A stretch of 63,221 bases of DNA, filler included, from Octopus bimaculoides (taxonomy: Eukaryota), in the NCBI RefSeq assembly GCF_001194135.2. It is 7 parts of 6 records of this genome, joined end to end, with 100 filler letters (N's around TTAATTAATTAA, not from the genome) between each part and the next. Parts side by side here need not be neighbours in the genome. Positions count along the whole stretch, not along the records: positions 50,627 to 60,927 come from NC_069007.1; positions 61,028 to 63,221 come from NC_068983.1; 5 more parts are not named here. The stretch is one strand, 5' to 3'. Numbering within the stretch: position 1 is the first letter of the stretch; the number at the start of each line of letters is the position of its first letter. Position numbers and translations under genes: made by a program. Below the pieces are notes generated by a model. It searched no databases. It was not told the DNA's origin and saw nothing but the letters and a program-made list of their open reading frames with translations. Shown here piece after piece: positions 52,381 to 63,221 of this stretch.

Positions 52381-52699
52381 GGTTCCAACACGAGCTGCAG
52401 CAACAAAGTTCAGCCACCTCCAACATCACTGCCTTGATGTTTTGGATACATTCCAGACAAATGTCCATGTAAGTGTGACGACGTTTTCCTCTTCTTACAT
52501 CACCTCAAAGTAGGTTCCATAAGACTAATTTGAATGCTTCCAGTTCAAGGTGGCGCACCTAGTGACTAGATTGTCACAGCCGTCTTTGCCTGATCTTCTC
52601 ACAAAATTCCGGCGGGTGTCCGTAAAGGCATTCATTTGCCATATGTTGCAACCATTTCACATTTAGATCTAATGCATCGAGACCGAGTCTCTTAAAGTT

Positions 52700-52990
52700 C
52701 TGCAAATTTTCTGCGCGGATTGGAACATTTTTTATTGACTCCACGAGGATTGAAAACAAAATTGGCATCGGTGGGTTTCGAACGCAGAACACCGATTAAT
52801 CAGCAGAAATGTCGCGAGGCATCAACTCAAAGTTCCTCATAGTTTAACCAATTTACAGCCTGAATTAGCACTCACTTTTTTATCGACTCCAGGAAGAGAA
52901 AAGAGCGAAGTTGACTTCAGTGTGATTTGAACTGCGAACACCGATAGTAATGCTAGGCATTCTGAACAGCATTCTAGTGACTTGGCCAAT
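52700..52990 (-). mobile_element. Two old SINE family A fragments
   Basis: TTTTTATTGACTCC...TTTCGAACGCAGAAC and TTTTTATCGACTCC...GTTGACTTCAGTGTGATTTGAACT. Confidence 0.55.
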
Positions 52991-53343
52991 TCAATGCCTA
53001 AACCTTTAGAATTAGTTATGCGATAAGGAAAAATATTAGCTCAACGACATTGCTTCTCATTGATGGGATTCGATTAACAGATTGATAACATTCGACTTGT
53101 GTTCTAATCACATTTTGTCAAACGTTGTTGTTGCTGCTGTTGTTGTTGCTGTTGTTTTTTAACCCTAGGCTGGCTCAAAGTTGAGTTCTGGAATATTTGA
53201 CTGTTATTTCTAGCATATAGAACGACCATTTTGCGGCTCCCTACTTGTTTGCAACCAAACCAAATACGGTTACAAGATGTCGCCAGAGGCCGAGTAAAAG
53301 CTGGGCTTATTTGATAGCAAGCTGTGAAATTATTGTTGTTTGT

Positions 53344-53466
<123 letters not shown>

Positions 53467-53753
53467 ATGGTGATGGTGGTGGTTGCTAGTAACAGTAGTG
53501 GTGGTTATGGTATTGGTGGTGTTAGCGTTGTTGCTGTTGGTCGTTGTTGTGGTAATGGTTGTGGTGGTAGTGTTATTGCTACGGTTGTTATTGCTGTTGT
53601 TGTATTCGCTATTGTTTGACTCGCCAGATCATTTCCTGATCAATTTGATGAATCATTTCAAAGCGTTCCTACCATGACCTCTCAACTAACCGTCCCATCG
53701 TCTTTCATTCTAGCATAATATATCTAGGACTACTCTAATCTTACTGTCATTCA

Positions 53754-53786
<33 letters not shown>

Positions 53787-54560
53787 NNNNNNNNNNNNNN
53801 NNNNNNNNNNNNNNNNNNNNNNNNNNNNNNNNNNNNNNNNNNNNNNNNNNNNNNNNNNNNNNNNNNNNNNNNNNNNNNNNNNNNNNNNNNNNNNNNNNNN
53901 NNNNNNNNCTAACTGTACATAGAGTATAACCTGAACAAGATTTAGCTGCTATTTCTAACACGCCTTGCAACCAATACCGTCTCCGGCGTTTGGGTGGCAG
54001 GCTGGCCGGTTGGCTGGCGGGTGGATGGTTGGCTTGCCGGGTGGTTGGGCGGCTGGTTGATTTGCAAATTAATGTTGGGCATTATAGCGTTATACAGAAC
54101 ACGTAATAAAAAAAAAACATACCGTTACCATAGCAACTGAAACTCTGATAATTTAATATCTCTCTCTCTCTCTCTTTCTGTCTAGTTCGCTCGCTCTTTC
54201 TTTCTCTCCATGGCAGATAACAATAAATATTAAAAGGCGGTAGGATTGGAAAAATCGTTAGAGCATCGGACAGAATGTTTTGTGGTCTTTCTTCCGATTT
54301 ATTGAGTTTTGTTTTCGTATAAAATACCATTCTTAAGAAAACAATGTACCACCTTCCCGGTTCTGGAATCGAACTCATGATTTTATGATCACGAATCGAA
54401 AACTTTGAACAATAAGCTACGCTGCATATACACGCACGCGCACACGCATACACGCATACACACACGCATACATACATACATACATACATACATACATACA
54501 TACGCACGTACATACATACATACGTACGTACGTACATACATACATACATACATACATACA

Positions 54561-54859
54561 TGTTGTTGGCACTCCGTCGCTTACGACGTCGAGGGTTCCT
54601 GTTGATCCGATCAACGGAACAGCTTGCTCGTGAAATTAATGTGCAAGTGGCTGAGCACTCCACAGACACGTGTACCCTTAACGTAGTTCTCGGGGATATT
54701 CAGCGTGACACAGTGTGACAAGGCTGACCCCTTTGAATTACAGGCACAACAGAATCAGGAAGTAAGAGGGAGAGAAAGTTGTGGTGAAAGAGTACAGCAG
54801 GGTTCACCACCATCCCCTGCCGGAGCGTCGTGGAGCTTAAGGTGTTTTCGCTCAATAAA
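54561..54859 (-). mobile_element. SINE family C, probably an assembly duplicate of 54890-55188
   Basis: Identical by eye to the copy across a 10-N gap. Confidence 0.8.
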
Positions 54860-54889
54860 NNNNNNNNNNTACATACATACATACATACA

Positions 54890-55275
54890 TGTTGTTGGCA
54901 CTCCGTCGCTTACGACGTCGAGGGTTCCTGTTGATCCGATCAACGGAACAGCTTGCTCGTGAAATTAATGTGCAAGTGGCTGAGCACTCCACAGACACGT
55001 GTACCCTTAACGTAGTTCTCGGGGATATTCAGCGTGACACAGTGTGACAAGGCTGACCCCTTTGAATTACAGGCACAACAGAATCAGGAAGTAAGAGGGA
55101 GAGAAAGTTGTGGTGAAAGAGTACAGCAGGGTTCACCACCATCCCCTGCCGGAGCGTCGTGGAGCTTAAGGTGTTTTCGCTCAATAAACACTCACAACGC
55201 ACGGTCTGGGAATCGAAACCGCGATCCTATGACCGCGAGTCCGTTGCCCTAACCACTGGACCAATGCGCCTCCAC
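54890..55275 (-). mobile_element. tRNA-derived SINE family C, full length with (ATGT)n tail
   Basis: Minus-strand head GTGGAGGCGCATTGGTCCAGTGG (A box)...GGTTTCGATTCCC (B box); homologous to 59342-59679. Confidence 0.9.
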
Positions 55276-55369
55276 ATGTATATATATTCGTGTATTTATA
55301 AACATATGTGCGAATGTTGAAAGCGTGTCGAGTTAATGGGAGCGGAGTGCTCAATGAATATTGAGAAAT

Positions 55370-57425
55370 ATATGGTTTATTGAAATACTAAATGTTTATC
55401 TGCAGAATCGAGTCTCACACCATTCAGATCTCCGGTTATCCAGACCTACGTACCAACGAATGAAGCAGCAGATGACATCAAAGAGGACTTCTACCGTTGG
55501 TTGCAGACAACAATCGATAAAAGCAACAGGTGCAAGATTGTAATTGTAATTGGGAAGCTCAGTGCGAAAGGTGATGACAGCAAAAACAAAGAAACGATCA
55601 CGTGGACTCACAGTATAGGAACGATCAACAACGGCGACAGACTGTGCAACATCTGTTCTACGAATGGGCTTGTAATAACGGACACATGCTTCCCACAAGA
55701 GACATGGGTATCTCCTGATAGCTCAACCAGATGCCCTATCGACTACATACTGATAAAGTGAGAGTGGCGGGGGTTGGTCATGGACATGCGTGCCTACTGA
55801 GGAGCGGATGCAGCAAGCAGCTATAATCCAGTTGTAACAAGATTAAAGATGAAGCTGCATAGCAACACGGGGAGAAAATGCATTAAAGTCAAGTTTGAAA
55901 CGCAAAACTTGGAGAGTGAAACTTACAGAACAATGTTCAATGTCGAGTCACGTAACCGATTCCAAGCACTGAAAGTCGAAGAAGGCATCAACACTGAGGT
56001 AGCTGACAACAAGAATTAGAAAGCACAACAAAAAATGGTTGAGAGAAAATGCGTGGAAAGCAATGGAACATAGAAGTAAAATTAGCAAGATTCACAGCAC
56101 GCGCTCCGAACTCATCAAAGGTGATCCACGTTTTGAGTCAGGCCTACGCTTGACTCAGGACAGAGGAGTCGAGCGTAGAGCGAGAGGAGACAAGCGGAAA
56201 TAGATAGAGGAAATTGCAAAGGAAGTAGAAAGAGCAGAAAAGAGCAGAACGAAAGAAATCTACCAAGCAGTCAGAATGTTAATAAACGAAAACTGGAGGT
56301 GGAGTGGCGGCCAAGAAAAGAAGCACAACCGCAAGAAACGAAGCGCAACCGAGCAAATATTTCATCGTCAGAAACATTTATGAGCAAGTCCAGGAGTAGA
56401 GAACAAAACCGCGAACAACTGTGGAAAATAATGAGATCGTAAAGCATTCCCGATGAAGTTACGAGGATGGTGCAGGCCATGTACGACGGCTTGGAATGCA
56501 CTGTAGTGGACGACGGGGACAAGACAAGGTTTGAGGTTACAACTGGAGTCAAGCAGGGATATGTTATGTTATACTTCCTGTTACTCATGTCGATTGACTA
56601 GATCATGCGAAGAACAACAGAAGGGCCTAGGAATGGCATTAAATGGAACCTCATGAGCACGCTCGAAGATCTCGGCTTCGCGGACGACATAGCGTTATTG
56701 TCATCCACTTACGAACAAATCCTGCGTAAAACTCAGAGACTGGCAGAGAACGCTGACAGAAGTGGGCTTAAACTCAACCCAGAAAAAAAAATGTTAAACA
56801 CCAAAGAAAAATGCCAGACAAGCTCGTGTGAATATCGGCGACCACGAGGTGAAAGACATCCAAGAATTTCTTTACATCTGGGTGATGGTCAAGAAAGACG
56901 GATGGGAAACAAAAGATATAAAGAACAGAATGTTCAAAGCCCGGAGAGAATTCTACAATCTAACAAATGTATAGGAAATCAAAGGTATTGGCCGCAAAAT
57001 GAAGCTGAAGATATTCAAGACATTGCTTTGACCAGTATTAATATACGGATGTTAAAATTGCAAAGTGACAAAAATGGAAGGGAAAACAATGGACAGCTTC
57101 CAATTCACATTTCTAAGGAGAATATCCAACATCAAGTGGTTGTGTAAATAGTCTGAAATAACAGGACAACGATATCAGTAAAGAAATAAGACGCGGGCGC
57201 TGGAACTTGACAAGATCGAGAAAGCGAATTATACGGTGGCCTAAATTATACGGTGGCACTAAAGGGAAAAGAGCAGCAGGGTGCCATAAAACCACATGGC
57301 GAAGGGCCATTGACAAGGACAGGAGACGAGAAGGGTGGAAAAGCTGAAATGAGGCCAGAACAGTGGCGAAAACAGAGATGGTTGGCGACATTGTGCTGAG
57401 GCATTATGTTTCCTCATAGCACAGA
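55370..57425 (+). mobile_element. Decayed RTE-clade LINE (APE endonuclease + RT)
   Basis: IQTYVPTNEA...KEDFY...IVIG; NGDRLCNIC...TWVSPD...IDYILI; REQLWKIM...IP...TGVKQG...LEDLGFADDIALLS...GLKLN. Many stops and frameshifts; RT motifs 1-3 missing. Confidence 0.9.
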
Positions 57426-57489
57426 GAGAACTAACTTTCTCGCTTTAAGAGTCATAAAATAAATATTCAGTTTCAATAATCTAGGTGTA

Positions 57490-57565
<76 letters not shown>

Positions 57566-57631
57566 NNNNNNNNNNNNNNNNNNNNNNNNNNNNNNNNNNN
57601 NNNNNNNNNNNNNNNNNNNNNNNNNNNNNNN

Positions 57632-57745
57632 GTTGCTACGTTCAAATTCCTCCGACGTCGATTTTTGCCTTTTATCCTTTCCAGTTCGATAAATTAAGTA
57701 CCAGTTAAACACTAGGGTCGATGTAATCGACTCGTCCCCCAACCT
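57632..57745 (+). mobile_element. SINE family A, 3' part
   Basis: GTTCAAATTCCTCCGACGTCGA...CGATAAATTAAGTACCAGTTAAACACTAGGGTCGATGTAATCGACT. Confidence 0.85.
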
Positions 57746-58644
57746 GGCAATTTTTTAAAATAATTTTTAATTACAATTGTATGGATTTTATTATGCATCT
57801 ATCTATCTATCTATCTATGTGTTGTTTGTGCGTGTGTTTATATGTATTTTTACTCACACATCTATGCGTGCGAACAAGAAATTCTTTATACAAATCGGTA
57901 GTGTGACAGATAAAACGGTGGTAGTAAATTTTTAATATGGCGTCATATCGACTGGGACATTTTCAATAGAGGCAGACGACACTATAGTTCGCTCGTATTT
58001 GACCACGCATTCCGTAGTTGTTTCGTCATTAAACTGGAACAATAAATTACAAGCGGGTGCCGTAGAAATCCCACGATTTATAAATTGTAATTTCATTTCT
58101 TCATGTAAATTCTTATTCCGTTATGACATTCCATTATTACGCGAAATGTTTTTAAGACAATAGATGAGGTGCACAACTAAATTGAGTTTATTGAAAAATT
58201 AAGATTTAAATATCTCATAGTCACAGTTAAGACATGATAAACTGCTTTGCCTTGATTTATGCACAAAGCGAGCAATTTTTAGTGTGGGGGGGGGGTGATA
58301 TACATATATAAATGTATAATTTAGTAAAATCACACACTGATTGGTCAGAATATAGTTTGAAAAACTTAACATTCGGGAGCCTATACAAATGTGCTTAAGG
58401 TACACAGTTTAGCCATCTCACTACAGTTGTAAATAGTAAAAAAAAACAGTCACCACTATTATATGAACCTGAATATTGCATAGTTTAATGCATGAAAGTA
58501 CTAGTTCAGTCAGAATGGACACTCAATATACTATCATTTCATTATATTATATCATGTTATTATAAGATTGTAAATAAAGCATGAAGATCAAAGTTGGACT
58601 TTCTTTGACTAATATATTCTTCTATATACAATCATACACACCCG

Positions 58645-58692
<48 letters not shown>

Positions 58693-59341
58693 GACAGACA
58701 GACAGATAGGTACACACATACACACACACGCACGAACACAAACACACAAACACACACACACACACACANNNNNNNNNNNNNNNNNNNNNNNNNNNNNNNN
58801 NNNNNNNNNNNNNNNNNNNNNNNNNNNNNNNNNNNNNNNNNNNNNNNNNNNNNNNNNNNNNNNNNNNNNNNNNNNNNNNNNNNNNNNNNNNNNNNNNNNN
58901 NNNNNNNNNNNNNNNNNNNNNNNNNNNNNNNNNNNNNNNNNNNNNNNNNNNNNNNNNNNNNNNNNNNNNNNNNNNNNNNNNNNNNNNNNNNNNNNNNNNN
59001 NNNNNNNNNNNNNNNNNNNNNNNNNNNNNNNNNNNNNNNNNNNNNNNNNNNNNNNNNNNNNNNNNNNNNNNNNNNNNNNNNNNNNNNNNNNNNNNNNNNN
59101 NNNNNNNNNNNNNNNNNNNNNNNNNNNNNNNNNNNNNNNNNNNNNNNNNNNNNNNNNNNNNNNNNNNNNNNNNNNNNNNNNNNNNNNNNNNNNNNNNNNN
59201 NNNNNNNNNNNNNNNNNNNNNNNNNNNNNNNNNNNNNNNNNNNNNNNNNNNNNNNNNNNNNNNNNNNNNNNNNNNNNNNNNNNNNNNNNNNNNNNNNNNN
59301 NNNNNNNNNNNNNNNNNNNNNNNNNNNNNNNNNNNNNNNNN

Positions 59342-59679
59342 GGACTCGCGGTTTCGATTCCCAGACCGGGCGTTGTAAGTGTTTATTGAGCGAAAACACC
59401 TAAAGCTCCACGAGGCTCCGGCAGGGGATGGTGGCGAACCCTGCTGTACTCTTTCACCACAACTTTCTCTCCCTCTTACTTCCTGTTTCTGTTGTACCTG
59501 TAATTCAATGGGTCAGCCTTGTCACACTGTGTCACGCTGAATATCCCTGAGAACTACGTTAAGGGTACACGTGTCTGTGGAGTGCTCAGCCACTTGCACG
59601 TTAATTTCATGAGCAGGCCGTTCCGTTGATCGGATCGACTGGAACCCTCGACGTCGTAAGCGACGGAGTACCAACAACA
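59342..59679 (+). mobile_element. SINE family C
   Basis: GGACTCGCGGTTTCGATTCCCAGACC...GACGTCGTAAGCGACGGAGTACCAACAAC; reverse complement of the 54.9-kb copy. Confidence 0.9.
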
Positions 59680-60852
59680 AATCATTCTATGCAACATTTG
59701 AAGACCACAGTTTTTCAAGTTTTTACTCATTATTTTACTGCAACGTGTTTTACTCCTTCTCTCTCTCACTCTCTCTCTCTCCCTCTCTCTCACCATCTCT
59801 CTCTCTCTCTATCTCTAACTCTTTCCTCCCTCTGCTTTCTCTCTGTGTCTTGTTTTTTTCTTCTCTATCACCTCTCTCTGTGTCTCCCCTGTCTCTCTCT
59901 CTGTATCTATCTATCTATCTATCTATCTTCTCGCTCTCTCTGTATTGTCTCTCTTACTGTCTTCGCTCTCTCTGTCTTCTCTCCCTTTGATTTATCTCTC
60001 TTCCTATGTCTTCTCTCACTCAATCTCCCTCTCTCTCTCTCTCTCTCGCACACACACACACATTCTCCAATTACTGTCACTCCCTCCTACCACCGCTATC
60101 ACTTTCTTTTCCTCCCCTTTTCCTCCATCCCTTTGCTATCTTACTATTTGTCCTGTCTGACATTAAGAGATAAGAATATCAATCGAGGTCAAGGCGAAGT
60201 TGTTTTTGTTTTTATGATTGTTTTTGTATCTTCATTCTAAAGGTTTTGCCTTTGAGAACGTAACGTCCGAACACATGTCGCAACAAACTAAACGCTCCGT
60301 CATGCAGTGCAGGTTTCTAACACGATTAATTAACTGGCTAAGGGGGAATTTCGTTCTCTTTATATCCGTAGAGGTTTAACTAAAACTGAAGGACAGCATC
60401 CGTGAACTCTTTTTTAGGGGCTTTCATGACTGCTGGATAGGAAACGAAGATGCTATCCTTAGACTGGAGCCGCGATCCAAATGCCTGGAGCAAAACGAGT
60501 GCTCTATAAGTTTCCTAGAGCAGAAGGATGCCAGCTGTTATTGTTGTCGCAGCAGTGGCTGTTGTTGTTGTTCTTCTTCTTCTTCTTCTTCTGGCTGTTG
60601 TTGTTGTTTAGCCAAAGAGCGGTCCTGATCCAGAAAAAATACTTTATGTGCAAAATGAAGGCCACCATCTTTATCTCTCTTGTTTTGTTTTGTTTTGTTT
60701 TGTTTGTTTCTTTCTTTGTAATCTTCAAGGCTGGCAAATAACACGTGCAGGATTTTGATAAACGCCGGCTGTATGGATGCACGTTAATCACACACATCCA
60801 CACACACACACACACACACACATATGCGCACACACATGTATGTATGTATATG

Positions 60853-60887
<35 letters not shown>

Positions 60888-60927
60888 ATGTATACATACA
60901 TGAATATGTGTATATATATATATATAT

Positions 60928-61027
60928 NNNNNNNNNNNNNNNNNNNNNNNNNNNNNNNNNNNNNNNNNNNNTTAATTAATTAANNNNNNNNNNNNNNNNN
61001 NNNNNNNNNNNNNNNNNNNNNNNNNNN
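60928..61027. other. Artificial scaffold-join spacer
   Basis: 44 N + TTAATTAATTAA + 44 N. Confidence 0.95.
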
Positions 61028-61074
61028 GTGTATATCTTCCATTTTTTTCATTCTCTCTGTTTATTTTCTCTTCT

Positions 61075-61190
61075 TTATTCCTGTTGACGAGCATAGTCTC
61101 GAAACGTAAAGGACTATTTCTTTTTCTCGAGCGTGAAACTAATACATTTGTTTGTTGTTCATACACCTGTCTTCGTCTTTTGCCCAGCAT
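61075..61190 (+). ncRNA. Hammerhead-like motif, family D copy 3
   Basis: CTGTTGA-C-GAGC-ATAG-TCTC-GAAAC-GTA-AAGG; weak stem I; downstream homologous to copies 1 and 2. Confidence 0.4.
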
Positions 61191-61276
61191 GCTTACGATT
61201 CCGCCAAGCTCGTTGCCTTACTAATAATTACAACCACAACAACAACAACAACAACAGCAACAGCAACAACAATGAT

Positions 61277-61492
61277 AATAGTCCGCTCTACTATACGCAC
61301 GAGGCTTGAAAGTTTGAGGGAGGGGGTTATTTCATCGACCTCAATGTTTAACTAGTACTTATTTCATCGGCCCCCGAAAGGATGAAAAGCAAAGTCGACC
61401 TTGGCGGAATTTGAACTCGGATCGTAAAGACAGGCAAAATGCCGCTCAGCATTTTGCCCGGCGTGCTAACGATCCAGCTAGCTCGCAGCCAT
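61277..61492 (-). mobile_element. SINE family A, full length, well conserved
   Basis: GAAAGGATGAAAAGCAAAGTCGACCTTGGCGGAATTTGAACTC...GCATTTTGCCCGGCGTGCTAACGAT. Confidence 0.9.
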
Positions 61493-61494
61493 AA

Positions 61495-61496
61495 CA

Positions 61497-61566
<70 letters not shown>

Positions 61567-61598
61567 TGATGATGATGATGAGGAGGAGGAGGATGATG

Positions 61599-61638
<40 letters not shown>

Positions 61639-61675
61639 TAATAATAATAATAATAATAAATAAATAAATAAAGCA
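61495..61675. repeat. Compound trinucleotide array (GAT)n(GAC)n(GAT)n(GAG)n(GAT)n(AAT)n
   Basis: Visible. Confidence 0.95.
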
Positions 61676-61689
61676 CGGTACAAGCACTT

Positions 61690-62465
61690 GAGAATGAATG
61701 AAATTGAAAATAGGTGGATAAAAAAAAAAAAGAATGCATGGACAATTTCATAGAGATGTTGAAGATAAGACAGACAGGAAAAAAATGGTTACGGATGACT
61801 AAAAGTGATTTAAAACCGGAAACGGAGACTCTAATCTTTGCTACCTAAGAGCAAGCACTAAGAACGAATTACATCAAATACAGAATAGACAACACATCAG
61901 AAAGTGATAAGTGCAGAATTTATGGACAAAATAGTGAAACCGTATGGCATATTACTAGTCAATGTACGTCACTAGCCTAGAAAGAATATGAGACGTCATG
62001 ACAATATAGCAAGGATTGTCCATTGGACACTTTGCAACAAGTATAGACTTGACAGAGCGAAAAGGGGGTACGAACATAAACCCGAAGGCATCATTGAAAA
62101 TAGAAATGCAAAGATCCTATGGGATTTTATGATTCAATTCGACCATAAAATAGAGAATAGAAAACCAGACAATGTTAATTGAGAAAGAAAGCAAACGATG
62201 CTGGATCATAGATATAGCATGCCCAGCTGATAAGGTATGTGATAAGGAAGAAAGAAAAGTCGATAGATATAACAGGTTAGCTTGGGAGGTAAAGCAGTTA
62301 TGGTCGCTGAAAAAGATGGTATAGTGCAATGATTGTCAGAGACCTGTGAACAGTGAGTAAAAGTTTTGAGAAGTACATGGAACAGGTAGGGGCTGCAATA
62401 AGGGTAGAGCACTTACAGAAAACAGCACTGCTAGGAACCGCTCGAATACTCTGGATGGTGCTCGA
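61690..62465 (+). mobile_element. R4/Dong-like LINE C-terminal part (zinc knuckle + restriction-like endonuclease), decayed
   Basis: MHGQF...KPETETLIFA-*EQALRT; DKCRIYG...ETVWHITSQC; RHDNIA; KILWDF; RKPD; IIDIACPAD; KVDRYNRL; LQKTALLGTARIL. Confidence 0.9.
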
Positions 62466-63221
62466 CTTGGGCTTCATCTTCACCATAAAGTTTGAGGTCA
62501 TCCATGAATAACAAATGGTTGACTTTTTGTTGGCGGCTTTTGAATACATACCCAGCTTTTGCTTTCCTCAGAATCAGTGTTAGTGGTATCAAGCACAGTA
62601 CAAAGATCAGTGGGGACAGACAGTCCCCTTGGAAGCTGCCCCTCCTAATTTCTACTGTCCCTAAACTTCTTCCGCATGCTGTCAGGTCCGTCCTCCAATT
62701 CGCCATACTTTTTCCGAGCAATCGCTCAACATTCGATGCAATCCCAAACAGGTTCATACACTCCACAATCCAAGAACGTGGGATCATATCGTACGCCTAA
62801 CGATAGTCGATCCATGACATGGCTAAGTTACTTTTCCTCTTCTTGCAGTCTCTGAGTACAGTTTTATCTATCAGGAGTTGATCCTTGGTCACTCTGCACT
62901 TACGCTTGCAACCTTTCTGCTCGTGTGGCAGGACTCCATTTTTTTTCTAGATGTTCGTACATTGACTCTGCGAGTATTCCAGTTAATAACTTCCACATAA
63001 GTGGCAAACAGGATATCAGCCTGTAATTGTCTACCGTATTGCCTTTTTCGATGTTTTTCAAGCACAGCACTGTCTTACCCAATGTCAACCACTCTAGTAT
63101 TACTTGGTCGGCATTTAACAAGGTGTTGAGTTGCGCAGCTATTTGTGCATGACATTCACCAAATCTTTTGATCCAGTAGCCTTCAACTCCATCTGGTCCC
63201 GGGGCCTTCCAGTTGCTCATT
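62461..63221 (-). mobile_element. R4/Dong-like LINE reverse transcriptase fragment (runs off window edge)
   Basis: NWKAPGPDG; NYRLISCLPLMWKLLTG; QKGC; WIDYR*AYD; GSFQGDCLSPLIF; NHLLFMDDLKLYG. Confidence 0.92.

Noticed and set aside
55200-55275. tRNA-like sequence with A and B boxes (also heads of SINE families A and B)
   Set aside because: It is a SINE head without a full cloverleaf and is followed by a repeat body; not a tRNA gene.

Overview
This is a 63-kb, AT-rich, repeat-saturated eukaryotic window with about 9 kb (roughly 14%, hand tally) of N gaps. I recognise the SINE families from memory as octopus (Octopodidae) types; that is an inference and was not searched. I cannot support any intact host protein-coding gene, tRNA, rRNA or CRISPR array. 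Almost all ORFs in the supplied track are microsatellite or N artefacts. Six 100-bp spacers (44 N + TTAATTAATTAA + 44 N) show the window is stitched from at least 7 separate scaffolds. Real content: three or more tRNA-derived SINE families (one with a Nin/Deu-like core, one CORE-like with an internal microsatellite); a decayed but end-to-end DD37D (maT) transposon; three TA-flanked MITEs or MITE fragments; a decayed RTE LINE; three or four pieces of R4/Dong-type (restriction-like endonuclease) LINEs next to (AAT)n runs; a Penelope-like ORF relic; and two degenerate minisatellites. The most interesting signal is a set of minimal type-I hammerhead-ribozyme-like motifs. Three homologous copies (13.1, 41.0, 61.1 kb) share a non-canonical CUGUNGA core. 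A canonical CUGAUGA motif sits on the opposite strand right next to one of them, and a decayed candidate lies at 6.6 kb. Also notable are a convergent rearrangement of an R4/Dong LINE, a perfect template-switch hairpin inside a SINE, and a 42-bp minisatellite that may be a relic of a repeat-protein exon.
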